In this document: one piece after another, positions 1 to 9,955 of the stretch
Layout: every line of letters begins with the position of its first letter
Numbering within the stretch: the stretch's first letter is position 1
The notes under the pieces: generated by a model
Told to the model about the DNA's origin: nothing
Seen by the model: the letters and a program-made list of their open reading frames with translations, nothing else
The model's database searches: none
Sequence record: DRR378314_1063
Reading direction: 5' to 3' (one strand)
DNA: 41,093 bases
Translations under genes and position numbers: made by a program

Positions 1-13
1 GAAAGAGATGCGT

Positions 14-78
14 ATTCTACAGAGCTCACTCGGACTGTCAACGCGGTTTTTAATATTTTCTCAAAAACCTTATTTTCT
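14..78 (-). promoter_or_regulatory. Strong sigma70 promoter with AT-rich UP element, probably driving an rRNA operon off the left edge
   Basis: Minus strand: TTGACA (41-36), 16-bp spacer, TAGAAT (19-14), preceded by an A/T tract at 47-78. The 16-bp spacer, UP element and position downstream of tyrS are typical of gammaproteobacterial rrn promoters. Confidence 0.75.
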
Positions 79-80
79 GA

Positions 81-1283
81 TCAATCCGTGATCACTACAC
101 GGGCAATCTTCTTCTTTCCCGCCTGTACAACGCAGTCGTCACCCAGATTAAAGAAGCGATCCCCTTCGTGCTTTTCACCGTCGATGAAGACAGCGCCACG
201 CCCAAGCACATCCCTGGCAGCCGCTCCATTCTTCACCAGCCCGGCCAGGCGAAGCACCGTGGCTAACGGCAGCTGCTCTTGTCCAGCCAGGGAAACCTCG
301 ATTGTTGGCACGTTCTCCGGTATCTCACCCAGGCCCACCCGGTTACCCGCGGACTTGTGCGCCGTCGCCGCCGCATCGGCATTGTGGAAGCGCGTGATGA
401 TTTCTTCCGCCAACAGCTTTTTGTAGTCCTGAGGGTTTTCACCCCCAGAGACTGCGGCGCGGAATTCATCAACTTCCGCCAACGGCCGGAAACTCAGCAG
501 CTCAAAATACCGCCACAGGAGATCATCCGGCATGGAAAGCAGCTTGGTGTACATTTCACCAGGCGAATCATTAACGCCCACATAGTTGCCCAGCGATTTT
601 GACATCTTCTGGACACCATCAAGCCCTTCCAGTAACGGCATGGTCAATACAGCCTGCGGCTTCTGACCATAGTGCTTCTGCAGAATACGCCCCATCAACA
701 AATTGAACTTCTGGTCTGTTCCACCCAGTTCCACATCTGCCTCGAGGGCGACCGAATCGTATCCCTGCACCAGCGGGTAAAGGAACTCATGGATAGCGAT
801 AGGCTGCTCAGATCGGTAGCGCTTGGTGAAATCATCGCGCTCGAGCATGCGGGCAACCGTATACTGCCCGGCCAGACGGATCATGTCAGCCGCAGAAAGC
901 TTGCTCATCCAGTCGGAGTTGAACACCACCCGCGTCTTTTCCCGATCCAGGACCTTGAACACCTGCTCTTTATAGGTGATGGCATTCGCGGCAACCTGCG
1001 CCTCCGTCAACGGCGGACGAGTCGCACTCTTGCCGGTGGGGTCACCGATCATTCCCGTGAAATCCCCAATAAGGAAGATTACCTCATGCCCCAGGTCCTG
1101 AAACTGTCGCAGCTTGTTGATCAGAACCGTATGTCCCAGATGGAGATCGGGGGCCGTGGGGTCAAATCCGGCTTTTATCCGGAGGGGGCGCCCCTCCCGA
1201 AGCTTCTCAATCAACCCTTCCTCGGGGATCAACTCATCCATGCCGCGCTTGATTACGGCCATTGCCTCATCAATAGATGCCAT
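81..1283 (-). CDS. tyrS: Tyrosine--tRNA ligase
   Basis: [13 protein letters not shown] (HIGH-type) and KMSKS motifs, C-terminal S4-like domain. Start moved to ATG 1283, downstream of a GAGGA SD. Confidence 0.97.
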   Translation of the reverse strand: MASIDEAMAVIKRGMDELIPEEGLIEKLREGRPLRIKAGFDPTAPDLHLGHTVLINKLRQFQDLGHEVIFLIGDFTGMIGDPTGKSATRPPLTEAQVAANAITYKEQVFKVLDREKTRVVFNSDWMSKLSAADMIRLAGQYTVARMLERDDFTKRYRSEQPIAIHEFLYPLVQGYDSVALEADVELGGTDQKFNLLMGRILQKHYGQKPQAVLTMPLLEGLDGVQKMSKSLGNYVGVNDSPGEMYTKLLSMPDDLLWRYFELLSFRPLAEVDEFRAAVSGGENPQDYKKLLAEEIITRFHNADAAATAHKSAGNRVGLGEIPENVPTIEVSLAGQEQLPLATVLRLAGLVKNGAAARDVLGRGAVFIDGEKHEGDRFFNLGDDCVVQAGKKKIARVVITD

Positions 1284-1580
1284 GTACCACACATCCTCAA
1301 TTCTGATCATTTGGGCCGGACGACAGTTACAGAGATCTACAAAAGAAATCTGTGCGTTACCAGCACCCCTGTTAAAGTGTACCTGCTCAGTTTTTGAACA
1401 AAGCCGCGCATTTAAGGCCGGGCATTATAACAATCCCGGCCCCAGAAATCCGGCCAGTATGCCAGTAACGGTAATGTTTGATGCTGTCCTGAGCGCATTT
1501 TATACGGTAATCTGTTGGACTATACTTGAACAACAGCTTTAATTAGGTAGTACAACCTACCGGAATACCGATTAAAACGG

Positions 1581-3017
1581 ATGCGACACGTGCTGAAAAT
1601 GTTTCCGAAAACCCATATCACCATTGCCGCTGCGACCAGTGTTGTCGTTGCAGCCGCTATTCTGATGAGCCCCAGCGCCAATGTAGAAGCCAACAGAATG
1701 GCTTATTCGCTGGATCTCAATGAGGGCACCGTCAAGGAGTCAGGCACGCCATCTCCTCGTCCGAGCGAGCAGCCTGTGGACGGCAAGATGCCTGAAGAGA
1801 AAGCAACAGCAGCGCCTGAGCTCGCATCCATTAGCAAAGAGCAAGAGCCTCAGCTACCCGAGGCACTGGACACCGCTGCGGCCATGGCCGAGGTCAGCGG
1901 GCCAGAGCTGCAATGGCAGGAATACAAGATCAAGTCCGGCGACACGCTTTCCTCTCTGTTCGGCAAAGCCGGCTTTAACGATGGCATCATGCTGTCTGTT
2001 ATCCATGGCTCTGGTGAAGCCGATAAACTTCAGCGGCTCTATGCTGGCGAAACCATCGCTTTTGCAACGGATGAGGCCGGCGAACTCGCCGCCATTGATC
2101 TTCAGCGCAACCTGCTGGAAACCCTTCACGTTGAAAAAACCGAGGAGGGTTTTTCCGGAGAAACCGTGGTCCGCGAACCCGACGTCAAACCCGCCTTCGC
2201 CTCAGGCGTTATTGACGGCTCCCTTTATGTCGCGGCGCGCGAAGCCGGCATGAGCGACAGACTTGCCATGGAAATGGCTGGGATTTTCGGGTGGAACATC
2301 GACTTCGTCTACGACGTTCGCAAAGGTGACCGGTTCGAAGTGGTGTATGAGGAACTGTATCTGGACGGCGAGAAATTCGACACCGGCAACATTCTGTCTG
2401 CCCGCTTCATCAATCAGGGCAAAGAGGTCATCGCCCTGCAATACACCGACAGCAACGGTGATACCGACTATTACAGCCCGGACGGCAGCAGCATGCGCAA
2501 AGCGTTTCTGCGCACGCCTATCAACGCCCGCGTCTCATCCTCCTTTAACCTTCAGCGTCGCCACCCGGTGCTGGACGTCGTTCGCCCGCATGAGGGCACT
2601 GACTATGCCGCACCTCCAGGCACGCCTATTAAGGCAGCAGGCCACGGCCGGGTGCAGTTTGCCGGATGGAAAGGCGGCTATGGCCGCACGGTCATTCTCA
2701 AGCATGGCGACAACATTACCACTCTCTATGCCCACATGAGCCGTCTTGGCAAAGGCATCAAGACCGGCACCAAGGTTAAACAGGGCGACACCATTGGCCA
2801 TGTTGGCTCTTCCGGCATGGTCACCGGCCCCCACCTGCATTACGAATTCAGGGTCAACGGCTCTCCGAGAAACTCACGGACGGTCAAGCTTCCTGATGCG
2901 AAACCAGTACCCAAGTCAGAAATGGCCCGCTTCAAGGGATTTGCGGAGCAACAAGTTGCCAAGTTCGAACTGTTCCGCCAGAACTACCAGCATCTAGCCT
3001 TGGCCGCTGACGAGTGA
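1581..3017 (+). CDS. M23 family peptidoglycan DD-endopeptidase (OapA/MepM-like, LysM-like region)
   Basis: N-terminal anchor, YKIKSGDTLS LysM-like segment, HEGTDY (HxxxD) and PHLHYE zinc motifs. True start may be 1590 or 1599. Confidence 0.92.
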   Translation: MRHVLKMFPKTHITIAAATSVVVAAAILMSPSANVEANRMAYSLDLNEGTVKESGTPSPRPSEQPVDGKMPEEKATAAPELASISKEQEPQLPEALDTAAAMAEVSGPELQWQEYKIKSGDTLSSLFGKAGFNDGIMLSVIHGSGEADKLQRLYAGETIAFATDEAGELAAIDLQRNLLETLHVEKTEEGFSGETVVREPDVKPAFASGVIDGSLYVAAREAGMSDRLAMEMAGIFGWNIDFVYDVRKGDRFEVVYEELYLDGEKFDTGNILSARFINQGKEVIALQYTDSNGDTDYYSPDGSSMRKAFLRTPINARVSSSFNLQRRHPVLDVVRPHEGTDYAAPPGTPIKAAGHGRVQFAGWKGGYGRTVILKHGDNITTLYAHMSRLGKGIKTGTKVKQGDTIGHVGSSGMVTGPHLHYEFRVNGSPRNSRTVKLPDAKPVPKSEMARFKGFAEQQVAKFELFRQNYQHLALAADE

Positions 3018-3022
3018 ACTGA

Positions 3023-4120
3023 ATGAAAGCCTGGATTGGATTGATGTCAGGCACCAGTATGGACGGCATTGATGCCATACTGGTGTCGTTCAGCGACCAG
3101 ACCATCCAGGTGCATGCCACTCACACCACCGCCTACCCAGACGACATACGCCGACGGCTGTTCAATCTCGGTCAGAACCGGGGAACGCCGGATGACGTTG
3201 GCGAGCTTGATCACGCAGTCGGCTTACTGTTCGCCCTCGCAGCGGAAACCGTGATCGCGAAATCCGATTTCCCGGCATCATCCATCAACGCCATCGGCAG
3301 TCACGGCCAGACCCTGCGACATCACCCTGATAGTTCTGCACCTTTTTCCCTGCAAATTGGCGACCCCACCGTTATCACCGAGAGAACCGGCATCACGACC
3401 GTGGCAGACTTCAGGCGGCGCGATCTAGCAGCAGGCGGCCAAGGCGCGCCACTGGTGCCGGCGTTTCATAAAGCCTTCTTTAGCTCTGAAGGCGAGGGCC
3501 GATGCATCCTTAATCTTGGCGGCATCGCCAATATCACCTACCTTCCAGCGGACGCCAATGAGCCGATCGCCGGTTTTGATACAGGCCCCGCGAATGCGCT
3601 GATGGATGCCTGGTGCATGGATCAGACTGGCCGGGCGTTTGACGAGGATGGCGCATGGGCAGAGGAAGGTGAGATCAATCAGGCGCTGCTAAGCGACCTG
3701 CTTTCGGATGCCTACTTTTCGCGACAGCCACCCAAGAGTACGGGTACCGAAAAGTTCAATCTTGAGTGGATCAAGACTCAGTTACGCCGCCACCCAGACC
3801 TCTCCGGCGCCGACGTACAACGCACGCTGCTCGAGTTAACGGCCGTGTCTGTCGCGCAGCAGTTGCCACAAGTGCCTGGAATGACGATATTCGCGTGCGG
3901 GGGCGGGGCCAAAAACAGGGTTCTGATGCGGGCACTGCAACGAACCTGCAGCCCGGCCCGAATCGCATCAACAGAGGATCTTGGCCTGGACCCACAGTGG
4001 GTAGAGCCGGCGGCCTTCGCCTGGCTTGCGAGCCAGACCCTGTCCGGCAAACCCGGAAACGTTCCGGAAGTGACCGGTGCAGAAGGGAAAAGAATACTTG
4101 GGGCGGTGTACTACGCCTGA
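3023..4120 (+). CDS. anmK: Anhydro-N-acetylmuramic acid kinase
   Basis: GLMSGTSMDGID, GSHGQT, GGQGAPL, FDTGPAN motifs. Confidence 0.96.
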   Translation: MKAWIGLMSGTSMDGIDAILVSFSDQTIQVHATHTTAYPDDIRRRLFNLGQNRGTPDDVGELDHAVGLLFALAAETVIAKSDFPASSINAIGSHGQTLRHHPDSSAPFSLQIGDPTVITERTGITTVADFRRRDLAAGGQGAPLVPAFHKAFFSSEGEGRCILNLGGIANITYLPADANEPIAGFDTGPANALMDAWCMDQTGRAFDEDGAWAEEGEINQALLSDLLSDAYFSRQPPKSTGTEKFNLEWIKTQLRRHPDLSGADVQRTLLELTAVSVAQQLPQVPGMTIFACGGGAKNRVLMRALQRTCSPARIASTEDLGLDPQWVEPAAFAWLASQTLSGKPGNVPEVTGAEGKRILGAVYYA

Positions 4121-4129
4121 ACGCGCGTG

Positions 4130-4483
4130 TCAGATCGAGAAGGAACTGCCACAACCGCAGGTAGAACTGGCGTTGGGGTTCTGTACAACAAACTGGGACC
4201 CTTGCAATCCTTCCTGGTAATCGACAGTTGCTCCGACCAGATATTGGTAACTCATTGGATCCACAAGCAACATCACGCCATCCCTTTCGATGACGGTGTC
4301 TTCCTCATCCTGAGCGTCGTCGAATGAGAAACCATACTGAAAACCGGAACAGCCACCACCGGTCACAAACACGCGAAGCTTGAGGTCAGAGTTACCCTCC
4401 TCGTCCACCAGCTCACGTACTTTGGATACCGCACTGTCGCTGAAAAACAGCGGTGCCATTGCCTGTTGCTGAACTACACTCAA
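4130..4483 (-). CDS. erpA: Iron-sulfur cluster insertion protein ErpA
   Basis: [17 protein letters not shown] and C-terminal TCGCGSSF. Confidence 0.95.
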   Translation of the reverse strand: MSVVQQQAMAPLFFSDSAVSKVRELVDEEGNSDLKLRVFVTGGGCSGFQYGFSFDDAQDEEDTVIERDGVMLLVDPMSYQYLVGATVDYQEGLQGSQFVVQNPNASSTCGCGSSFSI

Positions 4484-4522
4484 GTCCGCCTCCGGTTACA
4501 GATTACAGATACATCTGGCCTG

Positions 4523-4555
4523 ATTATCATATTCCTGACTAAAACAATCAACTAT
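4523..4555 (-). promoter_or_regulatory. erpA sigma70 promoter overlapped by a type 1 IscR operator
   Basis: Minus strand 4555-4531 reads ATAGTTGATTGTTTTAGTCAGGAAT, close to the IscR type 1 consensus ATASYYGACTRWWWYAGTCRRSTAT. It contains -35 TTGATT (4551-4546), 17 bp from -10 GATAAT (4528-4523). Confidence 0.8.
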
Positions 4556-5028
4556 TCCTTGCCGGACACCTCTGTCGACTGCTTTTCCTCCGGTTTCTCT
4601 TCCGGAGCGGCTTTACCGGCAGAATCAGGTTGCTTGTCTCTGCTCAGCAATCCTACGGGCTCGTTCTGATGAACAAGACTTCCGTTGACAGATGCGCCCA
4701 TCGCCATCTCTATCAAATTGTAATAGACGTTGCCATGGATGGAGGCTTTCTCAGCCAGTTCAAGGTGCGTTGACGCGTATACGTCACCATGAACTGTGCC
4801 GTTTACAATCACATGGGGCGCAACAATATCACCCTCCACGGAGCCCACTTCGGACACCCTCAACACCGCGTCACCGCCTTCCTCGGCAACGACTCGGCCG
4901 CGGATAGTGCCATCCACATGCAGCCCACCGGAGAAATGCACATCCCCCTCAACCGTCGTGCGGGACGAAACCAGGGTATCGAAGTGCCCAGCGGGGCGCC
5001 TAGGTTTCTGTTTCTTTTTGCCAAGCAT
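4552..5028 (-). CDS. Bactofilin (CcmA-like polymer-forming cytoskeletal protein)
   Basis: Beta-helix repeats (VEGDVHF, LHVDGTIRGRV, VIVNGTVHGDV, IHGNVYY) and a basic N-terminal tail. Confidence 0.92.
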   Translation of the reverse strand: MLGKKKQKPRRPAGHFDTLVSSRTTVEGDVHFSGGLHVDGTIRGRVVAEEGGDAVLRVSEVGSVEGDIVAPHVIVNGTVHGDVYASTHLELAEKASIHGNVYYNLIEMAMGASVNGSLVHQNEPVGLLSRDKQPDSAGKAAPEEKPEEKQSTEVSGKE

Positions 5029-5029
5029 C

Positions 5030-5770
5030 TCAGTTCTCCGTCAATTCATCCCAATCAAAAGTTCGTTCGGCCTGGGACGATTTCCTGCCTTCAGCACGGG
5101 CGACCACCTGCAGCTCAATCGGCTCGAAACCGTCCGGCACTCGCAAAAGCCCCTCTATATCCTGAAAATACCGGAAGCGGAACTTGACCCCCAAATCGTC
5201 AATATCGTCAGACAGGTCCCGTAGCGCGATCACTTCCTTCTCTTCATTCCGCATACCGATGACGTTCACTGCAACCACGCCCGATATATAGCTTTTATTG
5301 TCGCCAATCTGGGTTAGCACCAGCTTGAAACCGTAGGTGTCGTCCTGGCGCCCGCGCTGCATCGCGAAACGATCAACCTGAAGCCCTTTGCTGGTTTCAG
5401 AAGGCGCCATGATGTTTTTATAGAAAGTCAGGTCCGCTTTCAGTGACGCGATCCGGGTTTCCAGATCAACAATGCTTCTTCTCGCCTGGTTGAGGGCTTG
5501 AGCGTCAATGGTTCGCCCCCGCTCCAGGTTGACCAGTTGCTGGCTGGCCTTGCGGTTTTGCTCTCGAAGGTCTTCAACCTGTTCTTCCAGCAGGTCGCGG
5601 GACTCCTCGGCGGTTGAAAAGCGGAATCCGCCCTGCGCCATGCCGGTCACATACCCCAGCACCGCAGCGATGACGGAAAACGTCAGCAATATCAAACTGC
5701 GGCGCAATCGGTAACCCGGGCGATGCCGGATCACAACGTATTCTTCAGCGGGTTTTCTGTGTTCGCTCAC
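5030..5770 (-). CDS. DUF6776-like membrane-anchored coiled-coil protein
   Basis: One TM segment, a coiled coil, and DLTFYKNIMAP and FRFRYFQ motifs. Sits between argC and bactofilin. Confidence 0.75.
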   Translation of the reverse strand: MSEHRKPAEEYVVIRHRPGYRLRRSLILLTFSVIAAVLGYVTGMAQGGFRFSTAEESRDLLEEQVEDLREQNRKASQQLVNLERGRTIDAQALNQARRSIVDLETRIASLKADLTFYKNIMAPSETSKGLQVDRFAMQRGRQDDTYGFKLVLTQIGDNKSYISGVVAVNVIGMRNEEKEVIALRDLSDDIDDLGVKFRFRYFQDIEGLLRVPDGFEPIELQVVARAEGRKSSQAERTFDWDELTEN

Positions 5771-5779
5771 CGGTCAAAC

Positions 5780-6817
5780 CTATGGTAGCAGCGCGGGCGC
5801 TTCCAGCCCGAGGGTTTCCTTGAGGTCGAACATGATGTTCATGTTCTGGACCGCCTGCCCTGCTGCGCCCTTCACAAGGTTATCAATGACCGATGAAACG
5901 ATCACAATGTTGCTCTGCTCCTGCCTGTGAAGGGCCATTCGACAATTGTTGGCACCGCGGACGCTACGCGTTTCCGGGTGGCTGCCAAATGGCATCACAT
6001 CCACGAATGGCTCATCCCGGAAGCGGTCTTCGAACAGTGTCTGGAGGCGGTCAAAATCATCGGGGTTCCGGAGCTCGGCGTAAAGCGTCGCCTCTATCCC
6101 CCGAACCATCGGAATCAGGTGCGGCACGAAGGTAACCCCAACATCACCACCCGATGCCTGCGACAAACCCTGACGAATTTCCGGGAGATGACGGTGGCCG
6201 GATGCGCCATAGGCCTTGAAGCTCTCGCCTACCTCACCGTGCAGCATGCCAATTTTGCCCTGACGCCCAGCACCGCTCGCGCCCGACTTGGCATCCGCGA
6301 TCAATCGCGACGGATCGACCAGCCCGTGTTCCAACAACGGAAGAAAGCCCAACTGGACAGCGGTGGGATAGCAGCCGGGATTGGCCACCAGTTGCGCTGT
6401 ACGGATCTTGTCCCGCACCACTTCCGGCAGGCCGTAAACCGCTTTTTCTGCCCACTCAGGACTTTCGTGGGGCATGCCGTACCATTCGGCCCAGACATCA
6501 AGATCCCGAAGGCGGAAGTCCGCCGACAAATCCACAACGCGGGTTCCCGCGGCCATCAGCTCAGGCATCATGCGCATGGCGACCCCGTGAGGCGTTGCGA
6601 AAAAGACCAGGTCACAGGCTGCCAGGGTGCTAACATCCGGCTCAGAGAAAGCAAGATCGTAGTGGCCACGCAGGTTCGGGTACATGTCGGCGACCGGCAT
6701 GCCAGCCTCCGATCGCGATGTAATACAGCTCACTGTCACATCCGGATGGACCGCAAGAATCCTCAGAAGCTCCACACCGGTATAACCGGTCCCACCTACA
6801 ATGCCTACTTTTATCAC
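5780..6817 (-). CDS. argC: N-acetyl-gamma-glutamyl-phosphate reductase
   Basis: [15 protein letters not shown] (catalytic Cys), [11 protein letters not shown]. Confidence 0.97.
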   Translation of the reverse strand: MIKVGIVGGTGYTGVELLRILAVHPDVTVSCITSRSEAGMPVADMYPNLRGHYDLAFSEPDVSTLAACDLVFFATPHGVAMRMMPELMAAGTRVVDLSADFRLRDLDVWAEWYGMPHESPEWAEKAVYGLPEVVRDKIRTAQLVANPGCYPTAVQLGFLPLLEHGLVDPSRLIADAKSGASGAGRQGKIGMLHGEVGESFKAYGASGHRHLPEIRQGLSQASGGDVGVTFVPHLIPMVRGIEATLYAELRNPDDFDRLQTLFEDRFRDEPFVDVMPFGSHPETRSVRGANNCRMALHRQEQSNIVIVSSVIDNLVKGAAGQAVQNMNIMFDLKETLGLEAPALLP

Positions 6818-6950
6818 CAGTTTCTCCAGCTGAAATCGAGTTCTCTAAACCCGCATAGTCTAACATGATAAACCAATGACTTATTGCAGCCCCATCGGTG
6901 CTGGTTACAATATCGTCAAGAAATCACCCATCTCTGGAAAACCGGCGTTC

Positions 6951-8729
6951 ATGCGTAAATTCTGGAACAAGATCACTGGGAACCTGATTCCGGTTTTCCG
7001 GCGTCGACTGTCCGGTGTCGACGCTTTACCGCAACTGGCGGTTCTCGGCTTGCTTTCGGGCCTTTTCACCGGTGGTGTGATCCTGGTTTTCCGCCTGGCC
7101 ATCGAATGGCCGCTTGAATACTTCCTGCCAGGTGATGGCTCCGAATCGTTCGAAGAGCTGACGATCCTTACCCGTGCCATCCTGCCTCTGGGGGGTGCCG
7201 TTGCGTTGGGCCTGCTGATGCACAATCTGGCCACCCATGATAGGAAGGTGGGCATCGTGCACGTAATGGAGCGCCTGAACTACCATCAGGGTTATATTTC
7301 CGTTCGCAGCGCCCTTGTCCAGTTCATCACCGGTGTCGGCACCGTTGTCACCGGGCAATCCGCAGGCCGGGAGGGCCCGGCGGTACATCTTGGCGCGGCC
7401 TTTTCCAGCCTTATGGGGCAATGGATGCGGCTGCCGAACAACAGCATCCGGACCCTGGTTGCCTGTGGCTGCGCGGCCGCCATTTCCGCTTCGTTCAACA
7501 CGCCTATATCCGGCGTTATTTTTGCCATGGAAGTGGTAATGATGGAATACACCATCGCCGGGTTCACACCCATAATCCTGGCGTCCGTCACCGCAGCGGT
7601 GGTGACTCAGGCCACGTATGGCTCAGAGCCAGCGTTCAGCGTGCCGCCACTGACGATGAACTCCCTGCTGGAAATTCCCTGGATTATTGCCATTGCCATC
7701 ATTATCGGGGTCGCGGCGGCGGCCTTCATACAACTGGTCGACACCACCGGCCGACACCATCACCGTCCGGTACTGTTGCGGCTCACCATTGCCGGACTTC
7801 TTATGGTGCCTTTTGCCGTGGTGGTGCCAGAAGTGATGGGTATCGGGTACGACACTGTGCAGCTCACCATCGACAACCAACTGCCGTTCTGGCTTTTGCT
7901 GGGCGCCGGCATTGCCAAGTTGTTAATCACGTCGGTCGCTCTCGGCCTTGGCATGCCCAGTGGCGTGATTGGCCCCACTCTGTTTATGGGGGCTACCCTG
8001 GGAGGCGCCATGGGGCTGATCGGAGCCCAGGTATTGCCGGACATGGCTTCTTCCGTGGGGTTCTACGCCATGCTGGGCATGGGTGCGATGATGGGGGCGG
8101 TGCTGCAGGCGCCCCTGGCGGCGCTAATGGCATTGATGGAACTCACAAGGAACCCCAATATCATCCTGCCGGGCATGCTGATCATTACCACGTCGAGCCT
8201 CGTCACCAGCGAAGCCTTTGGGAAAAAATCGCTGTTCCTGACCATACTCAAGAGCCAGGGTCTGAGTTATCAGAACTCACCCGTTATCCAGGCATTAAGA
8301 CGAGTATCCGTCGGTGCCATCATGGACAGGAACATCCTGCGCACCGAACGTTTCCTATCGCGGGAAGACGCCAGGAAGATTCTCAAGTCCGAGCCGAAGT
8401 GGCTGGTGGTGGAAGGCAGTAGCGGCCCCACAGGCCTGTTGCCCGCGGTGGATCTGGCGCGCTACATGGAAGACACCAAGACACCGGTAGCGGAAAGCGA
8501 AGAAGACCCAGAGCCGGAACAGATCGACCTGATGGACATTCCCGCCAATCGCCGCGACATCGCACCGGTGCAGTACCAGGCAACCCTGGAGGAAGCACTG
8601 AACGAATTTGATCAGACCAGCGTAGAAGCCCTCTACGTTCAGCGTCACGTTGCCCCGATGATCCAGCGCGTTTACGGCGTTGTGCTGAAGTCGGATATCG
8701 AGAGTTACTACCAATACCGACGGAGTTGA
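6951..8729 (+). CDS. ClC-family anion channel/transporter with degenerate C-terminal CBS region
   Basis: GREGP motif, AAISASFNTPISG, many TM helices. ATG 6951 preferred to 6876. Confidence 0.88.
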   Translation: MRKFWNKITGNLIPVFRRRLSGVDALPQLAVLGLLSGLFTGGVILVFRLAIEWPLEYFLPGDGSESFEELTILTRAILPLGGAVALGLLMHNLATHDRKVGIVHVMERLNYHQGYISVRSALVQFITGVGTVVTGQSAGREGPAVHLGAAFSSLMGQWMRLPNNSIRTLVACGCAAAISASFNTPISGVIFAMEVVMMEYTIAGFTPIILASVTAAVVTQATYGSEPAFSVPPLTMNSLLEIPWIIAIAIIIGVAAAAFIQLVDTTGRHHHRPVLLRLTIAGLLMVPFAVVVPEVMGIGYDTVQLTIDNQLPFWLLLGAGIAKLLITSVALGLGMPSGVIGPTLFMGATLGGAMGLIGAQVLPDMASSVGFYAMLGMGAMMGAVLQAPLAALMALMELTRNPNIILPGMLIITTSSLVTSEAFGKKSLFLTILKSQGLSYQNSPVIQALRRVSVGAIMDRNILRTERFLSREDARKILKSEPKWLVVEGSSGPTGLLPAVDLARYMEDTKTPVAESEEDPEPEQIDLMDIPANRRDIAPVQYQATLEEALNEFDQTSVEALYVQRHVAPMIQRVYGVVLKSDIESYYQYRRS

Positions 8730-8732
8730 TAA

Positions 8733-9155
8733 ATGCTGTGGGTCAAAGCCCTGCATATTGTGTCCATGGTGTGCTGGTTCGCCGGCCTGTTCTACCTGCC
8801 AAGACTGTTCGTCTATCACGCCGCCTGTGAGGACGAGCCTGGGCGCCAGCGCTTCAAGATCATGGAGCGCAAACTCTATCGGGGGATTACCACGCCATCC
8901 ATGGTGGCGACGGTTGTTTTTGGTCTCTGGCTCATCAGTTACAATGTACAAGGTTACATGAGCCAAGGCTGGATTCACGCCAAACTGCTGTTGGTTGTCC
9001 TGCTGATCGGCTACCACGTCTACTGCGGGTACCTCGTGAAGGTGTTCCGCGATGACCGGAACCACCGCAGCCACGTGTTCTATCGCTGGTTTAACGAGAT
9101 GCCCGTTCTGGCACTGGTCGCTATAGTCATTCTTGCTGTTGTCAAACCGTTCTGA
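8733..9155 (+). CDS. hemJ: Protoporphyrinogen IX oxidase HemJ
   Basis: LWVKALHIV, WFAGLFYLPRLFVYH, RWFNEMP. Confidence 0.93.
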   Translation: MLWVKALHIVSMVCWFAGLFYLPRLFVYHAACEDEPGRQRFKIMERKLYRGITTPSMVATVVFGLWLISYNVQGYMSQGWIHAKLLLVVLLIGYHVYCGYLVKVFRDDRNHRSHVFYRWFNEMPVLALVAIVILAVVKPF

Positions 9156-9166
9156 GGAGCCTCACC

Positions 9167-9955
9167 ATCAACCTTCACAGCCGTCCTCACGTTCTGATTA
9201 TTTCTGGGCTGGACCCCTCCGGCGGCGCCGGCATCCAGGCTGATATCCAGGCGATTACCGCCCTGGGCTGCCACCCGCTACCCGTGTTGTCCTGCCTGAC
9301 CGTGCAAGACACCCGCAACGTTTACAACGCCACCGCGACGGATCCCGACATCGTACGCCAGCAACTGGAATGCCTGGCTGCAGACACCCCTATCCACGCT
9401 ATTAAAACCGGCGCCCTGGGCAACGCTGATGTGGTGGATGCGCTGGTGGACTTTCTCGCCAACCATCCGGACATCCCGTTGATTACCGACCCGGTGATCA
9501 AGGCCGCCGGTGGTGGTGACCTGGCCGACGAAGCACTGATTGCGCGCATGAAGGAACGCCTGTTCCGCCACGCAGAGATCATTACGCCAAACAGCATCGA
9601 ACTGGCGTTACTGGGCGAGGATGAAGACCCGGCGCAAGCAGCCCGCAACCTTCTAAACGCAGGTTGTCGGTCGGTACTGGCCACGGGGGGACATGGCGAA
9701 GGCGAGAAGATCATAAACACCCTCTACCATCAGACAGAAAACGCTTCCCATTTTTACGTTGAACGGATTGGCGGCGAGTATCACGGCACCGGCTGCACCC
9801 TGGCGGCTTCGATTGCCGCCGGCAGAGCCTCGGGCCTGTCAGCCCGGGCTGCGATTGGCCAGGCGCAGAATTACGTCCTCCATGCCATTCAACACGCACT
9901 TCGGGTCGGCAACGGGCAACCGGTCCCCGATCGGGGCATCCCATGGCAGAGCTAA
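9167..9955 (+). CDS. thiD: Hydroxymethylpyrimidine/phosphomethylpyrimidine kinase, probable ATC start
   Basis: The frame extends 39 codons upstream of the ORF-track start and encodes the conserved ISGLDPSGGAGIQADI. HGTGCTLA is present. SD GAGGAG at 9154-9159 precedes ATC at 9167. Confidence 0.9.
   Translation: MNLHSRPHVLIISGLDPSGGAGIQADIQAITALGCHPLPVLSCLTVQDTRNVYNATATDPDIVRQQLECLAADTPIHAIKTGALGNADVVDALVDFLANHPDIPLITDPVIKAAGGGDLADEALIARMKERLFRHAEIITPNSIELALLGEDEDPAQAARNLLNAGCRSVLATGGHGEGEKIINTLYHQTENASHFYVERIGGEYHGTGCTLAASIAAGRASGLSARAAIGQAQNYVLHAIQHALRVGNGQPVPDRGIPWQS

Noticed and set aside
9156-9955. thiD as a pseudogene, or a TPP riboswitch upstream of it
   Set aside because: The frame is intact with all motifs and a good SD. 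The apparent intergenic gap is coding sequence, so there is no room for a riboswitch.
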